DNA of 64,000 bases. It comes from Eledone cirrhosa. Lineage: Eukaryota. The notes below the pieces were generated by a model. That model had not been told where the DNA came from, did no database searches, and was given only the letters and a program-made list of their open reading frames with translations. A program made the translations under genes and the position numbers. How positions within the stretch are numbered: position 1 is the stretch's first letter; each line of letters opens with the position of its first letter. The stretch is taken from contig OZ024740.1 in the NCBI GenBank assembly GCA_964016885.1, positions 77,996,001 through 78,060,000 of the forward strand, in the 5' to 3' direction. Shown here piece after piece: positions 51,771 through 63,133 of the stretch.

Positions 51771-52184
51771 AGGCGAAATCTACATCGTTGACTGGATGAT
51801 ATATCTCAGCTGCACCCTGTGGACAACATGGCGAAATCACTTCCGCACAGAACAGCCAGCCATGACAGTGGTATCAACCATACCACCTCGCGAGGCACCT
51901 TCCGATTTATTGGAGATGAACGGCAGTTGGAGGATGGAGGTAGTTGGAAGTCTCAACTGCCAAATTAAAAATTTATTTTTTCTACATTCATAGAAAATGG
52001 TTGTCGTTTAGCCCCTGGTAGACCATGACAGAAAACGTATCTTCAAAGATATTCCAGCCGTGAACATCCTGACGGGGGTTTCTACAACGAAATTATTTAA
52101 CGTGACCGTTCCTTCTTTTTTATTATTTAAGTCTTCTGTCTTAAGGAGGATGGAGGAAGTTACCTGCGACTTCATTATGCTGTT

Positions 52185-52360
52185 GTAATTGTTATTGTTG
52201 CTATTGCTGTTGTTATTGCTGTTGTTGCTGTTGTTAATGTTTCTGTTGCTGTTGTTAATGTTGTTATTGCCGTTGTTACTGTTGTTATTAGTGCTGTTGT
52301 TATTGTTGTTACTGTTGTTGCTATTGTTATTCTTGCTGATATTGGTGTTGTTGCTGTTTT
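52185..52360. repeat. (GTT/GCT)n degenerate trinucleotide repeat
   Basis: Direct reading. Confidence 0.85.
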
Positions 52361-52427
52361 TGTGTACCCCTGGCCAGTTTTGTTAACCTATTTTGAGTAT
52401 TTTTACTGCCCTGATAATTTCTCTTAG

Positions 52428-52630
52428 GAAGTCAATTTATTTAAGGCCGTGGTCATTTTTCCTGGGAGGTCAGTTTATTTAAGACCGTGGTCATTTTTGC
52501 TGGCAGGTTAGTTTATTTAAGATCGTTGTCACTTTTGCTGCCAGGTCAGTTTATTTAAGGCCGTAGTCACCTTTGCTTGCAGGTCAATTAAATTAAACCA
52601 TTGGTCACTTCTGTGACCAGAGGTCAGTCA
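52428..52630. repeat. 38-bp minisatellite, about 5 copies
   Basis: aggtcagtttatttaagaccgtggtcatttttgctggc unit; aggt at 52467 and 52505. Confidence 0.8.
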
Positions 52631-52935
52631 GTGTACTAATTATCTTTATATTTACAATTTAGTTTATGTTTATTTACATATAACATTGTTCAGTGTCCAC
52701 TGGTGTTTTGTGTACATTAGCATAGTTAGGCTTGACCAGTGGTTATCCATGCCAAAACAGCCAGTGAGCTATATTTACTAAGCTAACAAATACAGTAAAA
52801 GAATCCTTCCAACGTCTTTAATTAGTTTTTTTATTTATAAAACTATAGTCTTTTATTTATCTTCAGTTTCTCTTATCTTTCTTTGTCTGTCTCTGTGTTT
52901 GTTTATGTCTGTATATTTGTCTTCCTGTCTGTACG

Positions 52936-52998
52936 TCTCTCTCTCTCTCTCTCTCTCACTCTCTCACTCTCTCACTCCCTCTCTCTCACTCTCGCACT

Positions 52999-53068
<70 letters not shown>
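52936..53068. repeat. (CT)n microsatellite
   Basis: Direct reading. Confidence 0.9.
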
Positions 53069-53073
<5 letters not shown>

Positions 53074-53100
53074 GTTCATGTTTGTGTGTGTGAGAGAGAA

Positions 53101-53243
53101 GTGGCGAATTGGCAGTGTTAGAACGTCCGATAGAATGCTTTAAGCTATTTGTTTCTGCTGTCTGCGTTCAAATCTCGCCGAGGTCAACTTTGCCTTTCAT
53201 CCTTTCCGAAGTTGATAAAAAAATGTACTAGTCAAGTACTGGA
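53101..53243 (+). mobile_element. SINE family A variant
   Basis: gtggcgaattggcag...gttcaaatctcgccgaggtcaactttgcctttcatcc. Confidence 0.7.
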
Positions 53244-53389
53244 GTTCATTCTCCCTCTATATCTCTTTCTCACTTCCTTTCTCCTTCCCTTGAAGATGTC
53301 GGTTGTGTTCAGACATGGAGAGTGATGTGCTTCGCCAGGTTTTAAGTGCTCAAGACATACCGTATGTCATACGACTCCATCATGTATGT

Positions 53390-53435
<46 letters not shown>

Positions 53436-53895
53436 TGTGTGTGTAGGTATATATATATATATGATAATAATGGAGCTGCGGCGTTGCAAATGGGATACAT
53501 ATGAAAAAGTGAGTCCTTCATCAGTGACCCTCCAACCGTCCCAGGCATTTCATCGCTTTAAGGGCCATATACCTCAGGTTGGTGCGAACAACGGCTAAAA
53601 AAAGTCGTTGGGACACGTAAATAAAGAGAACGTTAGGGTGAACAAACAAAATGGTTTAGGCAACAGAAAGTGAGAAGAAAGAGACAAGTCCCAGATTCTA
53701 TGAATATAAACTCGATAAAACCGTGAACTAGAGAATAAAGACCATCAAACCTGGTTGAAATGTGAGCGAGGAAGGAATTTCGCACAGGTCTAACGGGGGG
53801 GAAAGAAGAAGGGGTCTGGTCTGCGAATTCGGTAAACATAAGTTCTGTGAAGACGCAGACGAGAGAGAGAGAGAAAAATATATATATATATATAT

Positions 53896-54785
53896 ACTAG
53901 CAGTGGTACCCGGCGTTGCACGGGATAAGGTACTTTGGAACGCGGGCTGCCAACAGACCTAATCGTGGAAAAACTGCATGCCTGGACAATATGTAAAGAA
54001 AATAAACTGAATACTCTGATGGCTGGATAATCTTTAAGATTTTCCTCCATGAAGCAGGAAAAATGCAGGTTTTCATCTAATGCGGGCCCTAGGGGATCAA
54101 GAAAATGAAATTTTTTTATGTGCATAATATGCCTTGAAATTTCGGGGAAATCGGCTAGACGTAACGCCTCAAAAAAAGCCCTAAAAAGCTGAAAAAATGA
54201 AGGTTTTCACCTAATGCGGGCCCTAGGCCATAAAAAAGTTGGATTTTCTTTGCTCAGGGTATGAAGAAGAGACTGACTAATACATAGTTACAATTTCAAG
54301 GAAATCAATCTGACGTAACGCCTAAAAAAAACCCCTAAAAAACTGAAAAAAAAAACGCAATTTTTCACCTAATGCGGGCCCTAGGGGATCAAAAAGTTGA
54401 ATTTTTTTCATGTGCATAACACTCCCTGAAACATAAGTAATACACATGTAAAGTTTGAAAAACGTCGGTTGGGTACTTCTCGAGTTTTAGGGATTCAAAC
54501 TCACAGACATCCTCAGGGAAGTGACGTAATGCAGACAGTCAGACATACAGACAGATATTATAAGGGCGTTATATGTATGAATCTATCTAAAAAGAGAAAG
54601 ACTAAGAATTATAGAGAGAGATTGCTAAATCGCCTAGGGCATTAAAAATTTGAATTTTTTTTTTGCTCAGAACACTCCCTGAAACAAGTATTACATGTGT
54701 AAAGTTATAAAACAGTAGATTGGGTGCTTCTCGAGTTTTTGGGATTCAAACTCACACACACACAGACAGACATCCTCGTTTTATC
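53896..54785 (+). mobile_element. Non-autonomous Helitron/Helentron-like element with internal ~140-150-bp repeats
   Basis: 5' ACTAGCAG followed by hairpin CCCGgcgttgcaCGGG, next to (TA)n; three ttttcac/tctaatgcgggccctagg repeats; duplicated 3' block ending acagacagaca..ttttat. Confidence 0.65.
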
Positions 54786-54905
54786 ATCATCATCATCATC
54801 ATCATCATCATCGTTTAACGTCCGTGTTCCATGCTTGCATGGGTTTGGACGGGAGTTTTCCCACTTGAGGCAAGAGTGGTTGTCTTGCTCGCATAGGACT
54901 GTCTT
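54783..54905 (-). mobile_element. RTE 3' terminus
   Basis: (CAT)n cgtttaacgtccgtgttccatgcttgcatggg. Confidence 0.8.
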
Positions 54906-55628
54906 AGATATACCTACACACGTAGATGGACGTACGTAAATGTCTATCTATATACATAGCTTTTTTTTTTTTTTCAAAGATAAAAGTTAACTGACTTCGA
55001 AGTCACTGGTGTATGTTTCCTTGGAAAATAAATATTATCCTCTACTTCTGCACCTGTGTATCTATCTGTATATGTGTCTACGTCTGTCTGTGTGTCGCTA
55101 TAAGAACGTGACATTGTTCATGGTATTGTTTCTCACGATGTTGCTGTTGTTGTTGTTGCTGTTAATTACTGTTGGTGGAGTGAGGTGGGGGGGGGGGGGT
55201 ACTGTTACTACAGATGCAGGTGGCAGAGGTGTTGTATAAGTTGGTGTAGTCGATGTTTGGCTTTTTTTTTTGATGATGGTGGTGGTGGCGGTGATGTCGA
55301 TGGTGCTGGTGGTGGTTGTGGTTATGATGATGGGTGTGGTGGTTATAACGATTATGATGATGATGTTGACGATGATCATGATGATGTTTGTCATTTACAA
55401 GTGTTTGCAAAGCACAAATTACGGCAGAGAATTGCATGTCTGGAATGTTCTGTGACATTTCAAGAGAATTGGTTCTGTGTGATAAGCATAGCATATCATC
55501 GTATCATGGTCGTCCTTAGACATGAGACAATACGGGGAGGAGGGGGGGGGGGGCATTGGGACCATGACGTCATAGCACGTGTGCTGATGCTGGCAGCGCC
55601 AACTAACTCTTTTAAACCATATATATAT

Positions 55629-55684
55629 AACGAAATTTACAGGACTAGAACTGTTTCATTCGTGAAATCATTAGGAATCTCGTT
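55629..55684 (-). ncRNA. Compact type I hammerhead ribozyme motif (one core substitution)
   Basis: Minus strand: aacgagattc-CTAATGA-tTTCacGAAt-GAAA-CAG-ttctagtc-CTG-TA-aatttcgtt; 9-bp stem I, GUA cleavage triplet; conserved tail on the plus strand at 55690-55740. Confidence 0.6.
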
Positions 55685-55828
55685 TTTTTTTCACTCTACT
55701 TATGTATTGAGTACCTTATTCACTGTGGTTACTCCAGATTTCCCTCACGATCTACACACACACACACACACTTGTTTACATTTTCGAATTGAAGATGTCT
55801 GATATCGAAGGTAAATATGTTATATTGT

Positions 55829-55910
55829 TTAATGATTCTGAAGAAATACAGAGAAGAATGAATGATGGAACATCTCGCTGTATTGATAGAAACGTTCGTA
55901 AATCAATTAA
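55829..55910 (+). ncRNA. Type I hammerhead ribozyme motif, sense to the ETS pre-mRNA
   Basis: ttaatgatt-CTGAAGA-AATACAG...CTGTATT-gata-GAAA-CG-tt-CG-TA-aatcaattaa: stems I, II and III and a GUA triplet are all present. Confidence 0.6.
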
Positions 55911-56104
55911 ATAATTAAATGTAATTTAATCTTTATTTTTATTCTTTACGCACACACACACACACACATCCACAATGTATCCCAAGAAATGTATACAAAC
56001 TTTGATTACCTGTACAGGTAATATTTATTAGAATGCTGTTGAAGTGTGTATACATTTTTTGGGACACCCTGTGTGTATATATATATATATATAAGAAAGA
56101 GGGT

Positions 56105-56274
56105 GTGGTAATATACCAGGTGGACCATAACGCACTAGAGTACTCAATACTTAGGGTAGTAGAGTGGGTAATAGGAAAAGAGTCAGGACCCTTCCGGCTG
56201 TTTCGACAGCTAGTTCGGATCTAGCTGTCGAAACGGCCGGAGCTCAGCCGTCGGGGTCCTGACTCTTTTCCTAT
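56105..56274. mobile_element. Head-to-head Penelope-like cassette pair forming a ~104-bp fold-back (56171-56274) with the 3' half of a hammerhead
   Basis: 21-bp perfect outer arms ataggaaaagagtcaggaccc / gggtcctgactcttttcctat; GACAGCTAG/CTAGCTGTC stem; GAAA-CGGC..GCCG-TC; conserved tail on the minus strand (actctac..gtattgagtac). Confidence 0.65.
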
Positions 56275-57176
56275 ATATATATATATATAGTTTTCGCTCT
56301 ACATGACTGAATACAATAAATGTAATCTCAGTTTTTCGAATATCAATAACAATATTCGATTCGTTTGCAATTACGCAAACAGCCTCTTTTATAAGCCATG
56401 TCTGAATGACCCCTCATTCTCACTCTTGTGTTGGCATGCACATATATATTTATATATATATATATATATAGTGTGTGTGTGTTGCATTCATATATCCCAT
56501 CGAGGGAAAGCAAAATTTGATTTTGTGGAAAAGAGGTATCTCATTACATGTTGAGTATTCAAAAACTACCATGTCAGATGTATAAGATTGAACACTGACA
56601 ACAAATAAGACGAGATTTAGTAGTTAGTTGATCCATTGTTTTACGATCAATAAAACATAAACAAAAGTTTTATCTATATATTGACTAACCGCTAGCAGTT
56701 ATTCAACCTCATTTTATTAGCCTCAACAAGTACATCCAGTCCGCCATTCATCCTCAGAAATTAAAGCGACTGTAAATAAATGCATTATTTAACTACTAAA
56801 CATTGTCTTATCTGTTGCCGTTACAATAATACCAAATTGGCAAGCCATCCCCGAACCAAATCTATCCTCTATTTTCTAGTCTCTGTGTTCGCTGTAATCT
56901 TGTTATCTTATATAACTAATTCTGCAATCAACACTTGATGAAATCGTCTAAGCCTTGCATCATGATCGGATGAGGAAATTGAGCAAATGAAATATGTATA
57001 GTGTTTAAGGGGAATTGAAATGTTAAAGAAAGTTTCCAGTCCGGCTTTTGTGTTTTAATTTATTGCATCATCGTTCAGTAACCGGAATCGGCAGTTCTAC
57101 CCATTGGTAAACAGCATAACATAAATGGTGTGGTGTGTGTGTGTGTGTGAGTGTGTATATATATATATATATATAT

Positions 57177-57530
57177 CCATCCTTAGAAAATTTCAAACGC
57201 AGAATATTAGCTTAGAAAATCGAGTAAAATACCCCTATGGACGGAAATCTGGCCACCAACTGTAACAGAGAATCGAACTCAGTACCTCTCAAATTCCGAC
57301 TGTGCGCTAAGTACCACTGAGCTAAATGACTAGTCTGTATGTACATATGTGTATGTATGTAGGTACTTTTTCTCCCCTGCCCCAATCTTTTCCCGTTATT
57401 TCTTCTTTTCATTCTCCTTTATATTTCTTATTTTATTTTTTGATGAAGGACTAGCGACCGAAACATTAAAACTATTTTCCTACTATATCAAGCGTTAAAC
57501 TAATATATATCTTAATTGTTCTCACCGAGC
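57177..57530. mobile_element. Microsatellite-bounded element with an antisense tRNA-like head (57261-57330, minus) and a decayed Penelope-type core (57440-57466, plus)
   Basis: Minus: TAGCTCAGTGG (A box) ... GAGTTCGATTCTC (B box). Plus: tTGATGAAGG..ACC-GAAAC. Confidence 0.45.
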
Positions 57531-57585
57531 AAGAGCAAGAAGATACACACACACACAATTAATTTGAACGCACAAAACATGAATG

Positions 57586-57640
<55 letters not shown>

Positions 57641-57641
<1 letters not shown>

Positions 57642-57905
57642 CATCATCATCATCATCACCGTTTTACGTCCGTTCTTCCACGCTAGCATGGGTTAGACGG
57701 GTTGTCCTGTTGTGGGCAGTTTGGTCGGCTGACCATGCCTTGCTCATACAGGAGCTGATTTGGCTTCATTTCTACAGCTGGATGCCCTTCCTAACACCAA
57801 CCTCATTTACAATGAGTGCTGGGTGCTTTTTCGTGGCGCCTACACGTCCACTTTACAGTGTGGGCTGGGCGCTTTTTTGCCGTGGCACCTCCACGACCAC
57901 CTTGC
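57641..57905 (-). mobile_element. RTE 3' UTR fragment
   Basis: (CAT)n ccgttttacgtcc...ctggatgcccttcctaacacc. Confidence 0.8.
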
Positions 57906-58315
57906 GGTGTGTGTGTGTGGGGGGGGGGGGGCATATTGTCTATATATATATATATATACCTACACTGGAATAGAGAGGACATCTACATATACAATCATGC
58001 ATAAGTGCGAGATATGATCCCCCCAACCTGTCAAGCAAGCGTGTAATTCTGAATCAGACATGTTTCGGGCTGTAACAACCTTCTCAACCCATGCCAGCAT
58101 GGAAAGAAGGCGTATTAATAATGATGACGGTGGTGGTGGCGTGGCTATCACGCAGGCGCAAACATTCAGAGGGAGAGATGTAGACACACAAACATTCAAA
58201 CCAGAACAAATGGATACCCTATACGTGTATCATTATCATAATTTATTCTGAATTGAAGAACACCAAATATGTCATCAGGTGTTAAGTCCAGCTAAACACC
58301 GTCATCATGATGATC

Positions 58316-58458
58316 AGGCAGTGTATTGACAGAGTCGTTAAGAGTGTAGGGTGATATGTCTTGCAGTATTTATTTCGGCTGTTGGTGTTCTGGGTTCAAA
58401 TCCTGCTGAGATCAACCTTGCATTTCATCCTTCCTGGGTCGATAAATTTATGTACCAG
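58316..58458 (+). mobile_element. SINE family A variant
   Basis: gggttcaaatcctgctgag...tttcatccttcctgggtcgataaa. Confidence 0.65.
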
Positions 58459-59635
58459 CCTAAGGTGATTGATGGTTGGCGTCGGACGAGATGTCTCGCA
58501 GTGTTTGTTCTAGTTCTTTCTTTGACCTCTAGGTTCAAATCTTTCGGTGATAAACCCAATGTGTCTCCTCGTTGAACACCTTTAGGTCCCTTAAGCAGAG
58601 ACCACATCGTTAGATTGGGGATACATTCCTTCCCATCAGTCTCTTCATTTTTCTGACTTAAAATCCTGCTGTGGTCTACTTTTTCATCGACTTAACCTGC
58701 CACCCAGTGAAACCCCACCACTTGGCCCCTGCGTGCCTTTAACAGAGTCCTTTCTGTTGTGAGCATTGGATCAGGTCTCTGGTTTAAGGATAACTTTTTT
58801 TCTCCCTTCCACCAATTTCGTAGGTACTGAAAAGTGGCCTAGTACTGCGCTTCCCTTTCTGATTAAACAATTATAAAAAGAGGATCCTTTTACCTGTGTG
58901 CCGATGTAATCGAGTATAGTTGTGTGTGGTAATGTGTGAAAGGACTACTCACACTACATCAGCACCGAGACTTGCTTTACACTCCTATGCCATGAAACGA
59001 GGGTGGATCTTAGTGATAGGACGAGGGAATGGGTGGAAGGTCGGAGTAAAAAAAATGAACCCTTCTGCCTCCAACTATATTCAAGTATTATATTATGGTA
59101 TGATATGGTACAATTGTGTGTGTGTGTGTTATTTTTCTATTACCCTCCAACCCACTGTCCGTCAGCTCATGCATACAGCTCGATATGCTGATAACCTTTG
59201 TACGCTTGACTTGCCAGTGGTGGTGGTGGTAGTTGTAGTAGGTTTATATTGCTGTAGCAGTGGTGGTGACGGTGAAGGTGGATAATGGTGATGCTAGTGA
59301 GTAGTAGTAGTAGTAGTTGTGGTGATAGTAGTAATATATTTCAATTGCTACGGTGGTGGTAATGGTGGTGGCGATCCCTTTATCAGATGGAGCAGTTTCC
59401 CCACTTAACAAGTAACAGGGAGTTGACACTAATCCGGAGAGTTTAACATGTTTACAGGGAATTAACTCTGCCTCTCCAATCACCTGAACGTTCCCCTCTT
59501 GTCTTCCCCTCCTCCTGTATAACTACTGCAGCTGGTATAGTTGGCAGAGTATGGGACTACTTATAACCGGTCAGTGGTTCGTATCATGGCATGGACAGCG
59601 TTTTTGTTCTTATTAATGTTAATTAACCCCATATG

Positions 59636-59790
59636 GAAGGTGCACTGCCTAGTGGTTAGGGTGCTGGCGTCACGATCGTAAAAATCATGGGTTCGATCTC
59701 CTGACCGAGGAGCGTGACACTTGAGTATGGCACTTCATTTCTCATTGCTTCAGTCGATTCAGCTGTAAAAGTAAGTACCAGCTTGGTAAC
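59636..59790 (+). mobile_element. SINE family B-like head
   Basis: gcctagtggttagggtgctgg...gggttcgatctcc...cacttcatttctcattgc. Confidence 0.6.
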
Positions 59791-59961
59791 CTTGCACTGT
59801 ACTGGTGTCTATAATCTGAGTTGCTTTACCTCGTGGTACTAGGATAAGCTCCGACCTGGTGAATCTCTAGCCTTGGAATAGACTTTAATTTTAACATCGC
59901 TGCTCAATCAGACCTAGGATTAAGGAGCATTAAAGTCCCCCATTATTTTGTCATCCCGCCT

Positions 59962-60262
59962 AGGTTGACTTTGCCTTTCATCCTTACGAGGTCGATAAAA
60001 TAAAGTACCAGTAATGCACTGGGTAACTGCTGGCCTTGTGCCTAAAGTAGAAACAATTATTTTGTCAGTATTAGGCGGTGGATTGGCAGTATCGGTAGAG
60101 GGTCGGACGCCATGCTTTCCAGCATAGTTACGTCGCTTTACGATCTGAGTTCAAATCCCGCCGAGGTTGACTTTGCCTTTCATCCTTACGGGGTCGATAA
60201 AATAAAGTACCAGTAATGCACTAGGTTGTTGCTGGCCTTGTGCCTAAAAGTAGAGACAAGTA
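59962..60262 (+). mobile_element. Family A SINEs: 5'-truncated copy followed by a near-intact copy (60073-60262)
   Basis: ggcggtggattggcagtatcggtagagggtcggacgcc...; CpGs retained; both copies followed by tattttgtcagtatt. Confidence 0.85.
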
Positions 60263-60469
60263 TTTTGTCAGTATTTTTTCTCTCTGAAACAAAACGTATT
60301 TACAATAAATATGGTATAAGCCGTTAGGGTCTGATTGGAGCCTGATCTGACTGCTGTTTTTCTTTGGTCGAGTGATCATACAGCGGCTTCCTCGTTGACT
60401 GATAGCTTATAATCATCTGGTTCGACTTTCATATGTTCATCTGACACGGCATTTAGAATAGAAATCTAG

Positions 60470-60770
60470 TAAGGTAATGTCTCTGGAATAGTGGTTTCAT
60501 TTAGCTATCTGGTAAGATCATATCGTCTGGAATAGTTATTTCATATAGATATCTGGTAAGATCATATCGTCTGGAATAGTGGTTTCATATAGCTATCTGG
60601 TAAGATCATATCGTCTGGAATAGTTATTTCATATAGCTATCTGGTAAGGTCATGTCGTCTGGAATAGTTATTTCATATAGCTATCTGGTAAGGTCGTGTC
60701 CTCTGGAATACTGGTTTCATATAGATATCTGGTAAGATCACATCGTCTGGAATAGTTATTTCATATAACT
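60470..60770. repeat. 44-bp minisatellite, about 6.5-7 copies
   Basis: tctggaatagt(g/t)(g/a)tttcatatagctatctggtaagatcatatcg; starts at 60482, 60526, 60570. Confidence 0.9.
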
Positions 60771-61287
60771 CTCTTGTAGATGTCGTTTGGTATAGCTAGC
60801 TAAATAGGTACAAACATGGCAACGTAATTAGAAGTTCGTTTGGTGATCAAAGGATGCTGGATTCGATCCCAGTATACAGCACATTGGATATTTTTGGGTG
60901 AAATTGTATAGGCAAAAACTATGCGGATGTCCATCGGATGGATTGTACCTGTTCTAGAGTGATAAGGCTCAATCTGACAGACTATTTAACACTGCAATGT
61001 TCACTTAGTTGCAAGATTTCAAAACATGTCTCTGGTCTGAGGATAGGATACGAGTTGTAGTTTCTTCCTCCTCTTGACCAGCCTTGCATGCATGGAACCT
61101 TCAAAATCTGTAAAATATCCTTAAGATTCAAAGGATGAACGATTGCACAAAGGAACGAGATAAATTTTCTTTCTTTACAACCATGCCGCCGGGAAGGTAG
61201 CTGATCAAAATAAAACTCAAAATTAAGAGAAAGAGAGAGAGACACACACACACACAAACGCGCACGCACACACACATTGTTATTGAT

Positions 61288-61580
61288 GGATATCCGTCAG
61301 TTTCGACAATGAGTGTTCCATTTATACGTTCAACAGAACAGCCTGCACATGAAATTAATGTGTAAGTGCCTGAGCATCACGCTAACACGGGTGCTCTTAA
61401 AGTAGTTTTCGGGGGTAGATTCAGTAGCACACAAGGCTGGCTCTTTGAATTATGGGTACAACTTATTTTTGAGTGGACTGGAGCATCATGAAATAAAGTA
61501 TCTTGTTCAAGGACACAACGCGTTGCCAGGAATCGATCTTTTTTTCGATAATGAGCCGAACGAAACCCCTAAGCAATGCG

Positions 61581-61582
<2 letters not shown>
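61288..61582 (-). mobile_element. SINE family B
   Basis: Reverse-complement homology to 14532-14845. Confidence 0.75.
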
Positions 61583-61624
<42 letters not shown>

Positions 61625-61766
61625 TATAGAGAGACACACGTGTGAGCTAAGGCAGTCTCATGGTTAATTGAAGAGGCAAAGTTATCTTAAATTTGTATAA
61701 TGAATATGGTGTATGTGTTTCACTAGATTAATATCACTACGTATATATAAGTATGTTTGGGGGTGG

Positions 61767-61825
<59 letters not shown>

Positions 61826-62208
61826 AATATATATATATATTCATACAAACAGATATACATACATGAATATGGTGTGTTCGTTAGAAACAGGTGTGTTGAA
61901 TAGAACTTTGTCGTTATCACGCCTTAAGGTTTGACAATGTATGTGTGAGTGTGTGAATGTGTGTGTGTGCCGTGACGTGACCAGGTGTGATGATGACAGT
62001 AATAATAATAACAATAATAATAACTAAAAAGAAACAACAGTAGAGTTCTGTGAATGTTAATGAGTAGGTAGTGGGATGTGTGTGTGTGGTGCTGGGAGTG
62101 GGGTGGGGTTGATGTAGGATATAATGAGTTTCTTGTTCTCATCTCAGAAACTCGGTGGAAAGTGGGGTGTGTGTGTGTATATATATATATACATACATAC
62201 ATACATAC

Positions 62209-62250
<42 letters not shown>

Positions 62251-62682
62251 ATATATAATATATATACATATATACACTGAAGGGTGGCTGTTTTCTACAT
62301 GCAACTCTTCACAAATGTATATACATGTGAGTGCAGTGGTCACATGTGTGTATATGCGTGTGGTCGCATATATGTGTGTGTGTGTACGTGTGTACATGTG
62401 GTCGCTTGTGTGTATGTGTGTGAGTGTAGTAATGAAAAGATTTCTTCTACACTCCTTTTAATGTCCCTTGTTCTTCTCCAACTCCTCCTCCTCCTCTCAG
62501 CAACAATGTGTGGTAGTGGCGGTGGTGATAATCTGCCTCCCCTCTACCACCTGATGCTTTAATTGACCAGGTGTGTTATCAAAATGAACATCAACTCCTA
62601 CAACTAACAACAACAGCAACTTGTGTTGTTATTATTACTTACCTGTATGTAAGACATATTGGCAGTACTGTATTTCTGTCGT

Positions 62683-63005
62683 GGTGGTGGTGGTGGTGGT
62701 GGTGGTGGTTGTGGTGGTAGTTGTGGGGTGGTGGATATGGCTCTAGTGGTAGTAGCGGTGGTACTAATGGAGTAGTTGTGGGGTGGTCGATATGGCTCTG
62801 GTGGTAGTAGTGGTTGTGATGGTGGTACTAATGGAGTAGTTATGGGGTGGTAGATATGGCTTTGGTGGTAGTAGCGGTTGTGATGGTGGTGGTGGTACTA
62901 ATGTAGTAGTTATGGGGTAGTGGTTGTGATGGTGGTGGTGGTGGTACTAATATAGTAGTTGTGGGGTAATGTATATGGCTCTGGTGGTAGTAGTGGTTGT
63001 GTTTG
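62683..63005. repeat. GGT-derived degenerate minisatellite
   Basis: Repeated ggtggtactaatggagtagttgtggggtgg..gatatggctctgg. Confidence 0.75.
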
Positions 63006-63133
63006 TGATGTTATGGTTATTTGGTTCTGCTTTGTTGTGAGGTTTCTAGCGTATTAGTAATTGGTTACTGGTTGTATTATAGCTGCATGTGTGGGGTGGT
63101 GTCTGCAGTCGATCAAGTCCCGGTATTTACCTA

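Noticed and set aside
55098-55802. His-rich and Asp/Gly-rich ORFs
   Set aside because: Produced by degenerate (GAT/GGT)n repeats.
57261-57330. Functional tRNA gene
   Set aside because: A and B boxes are present but acceptor and anticodon stems pair poorly; more consistent with a SINE-like head or pseudogene.
60470-60770. CRISPR-like array
   Set aside because: Pure 44-bp tandem repeat with no spacers.
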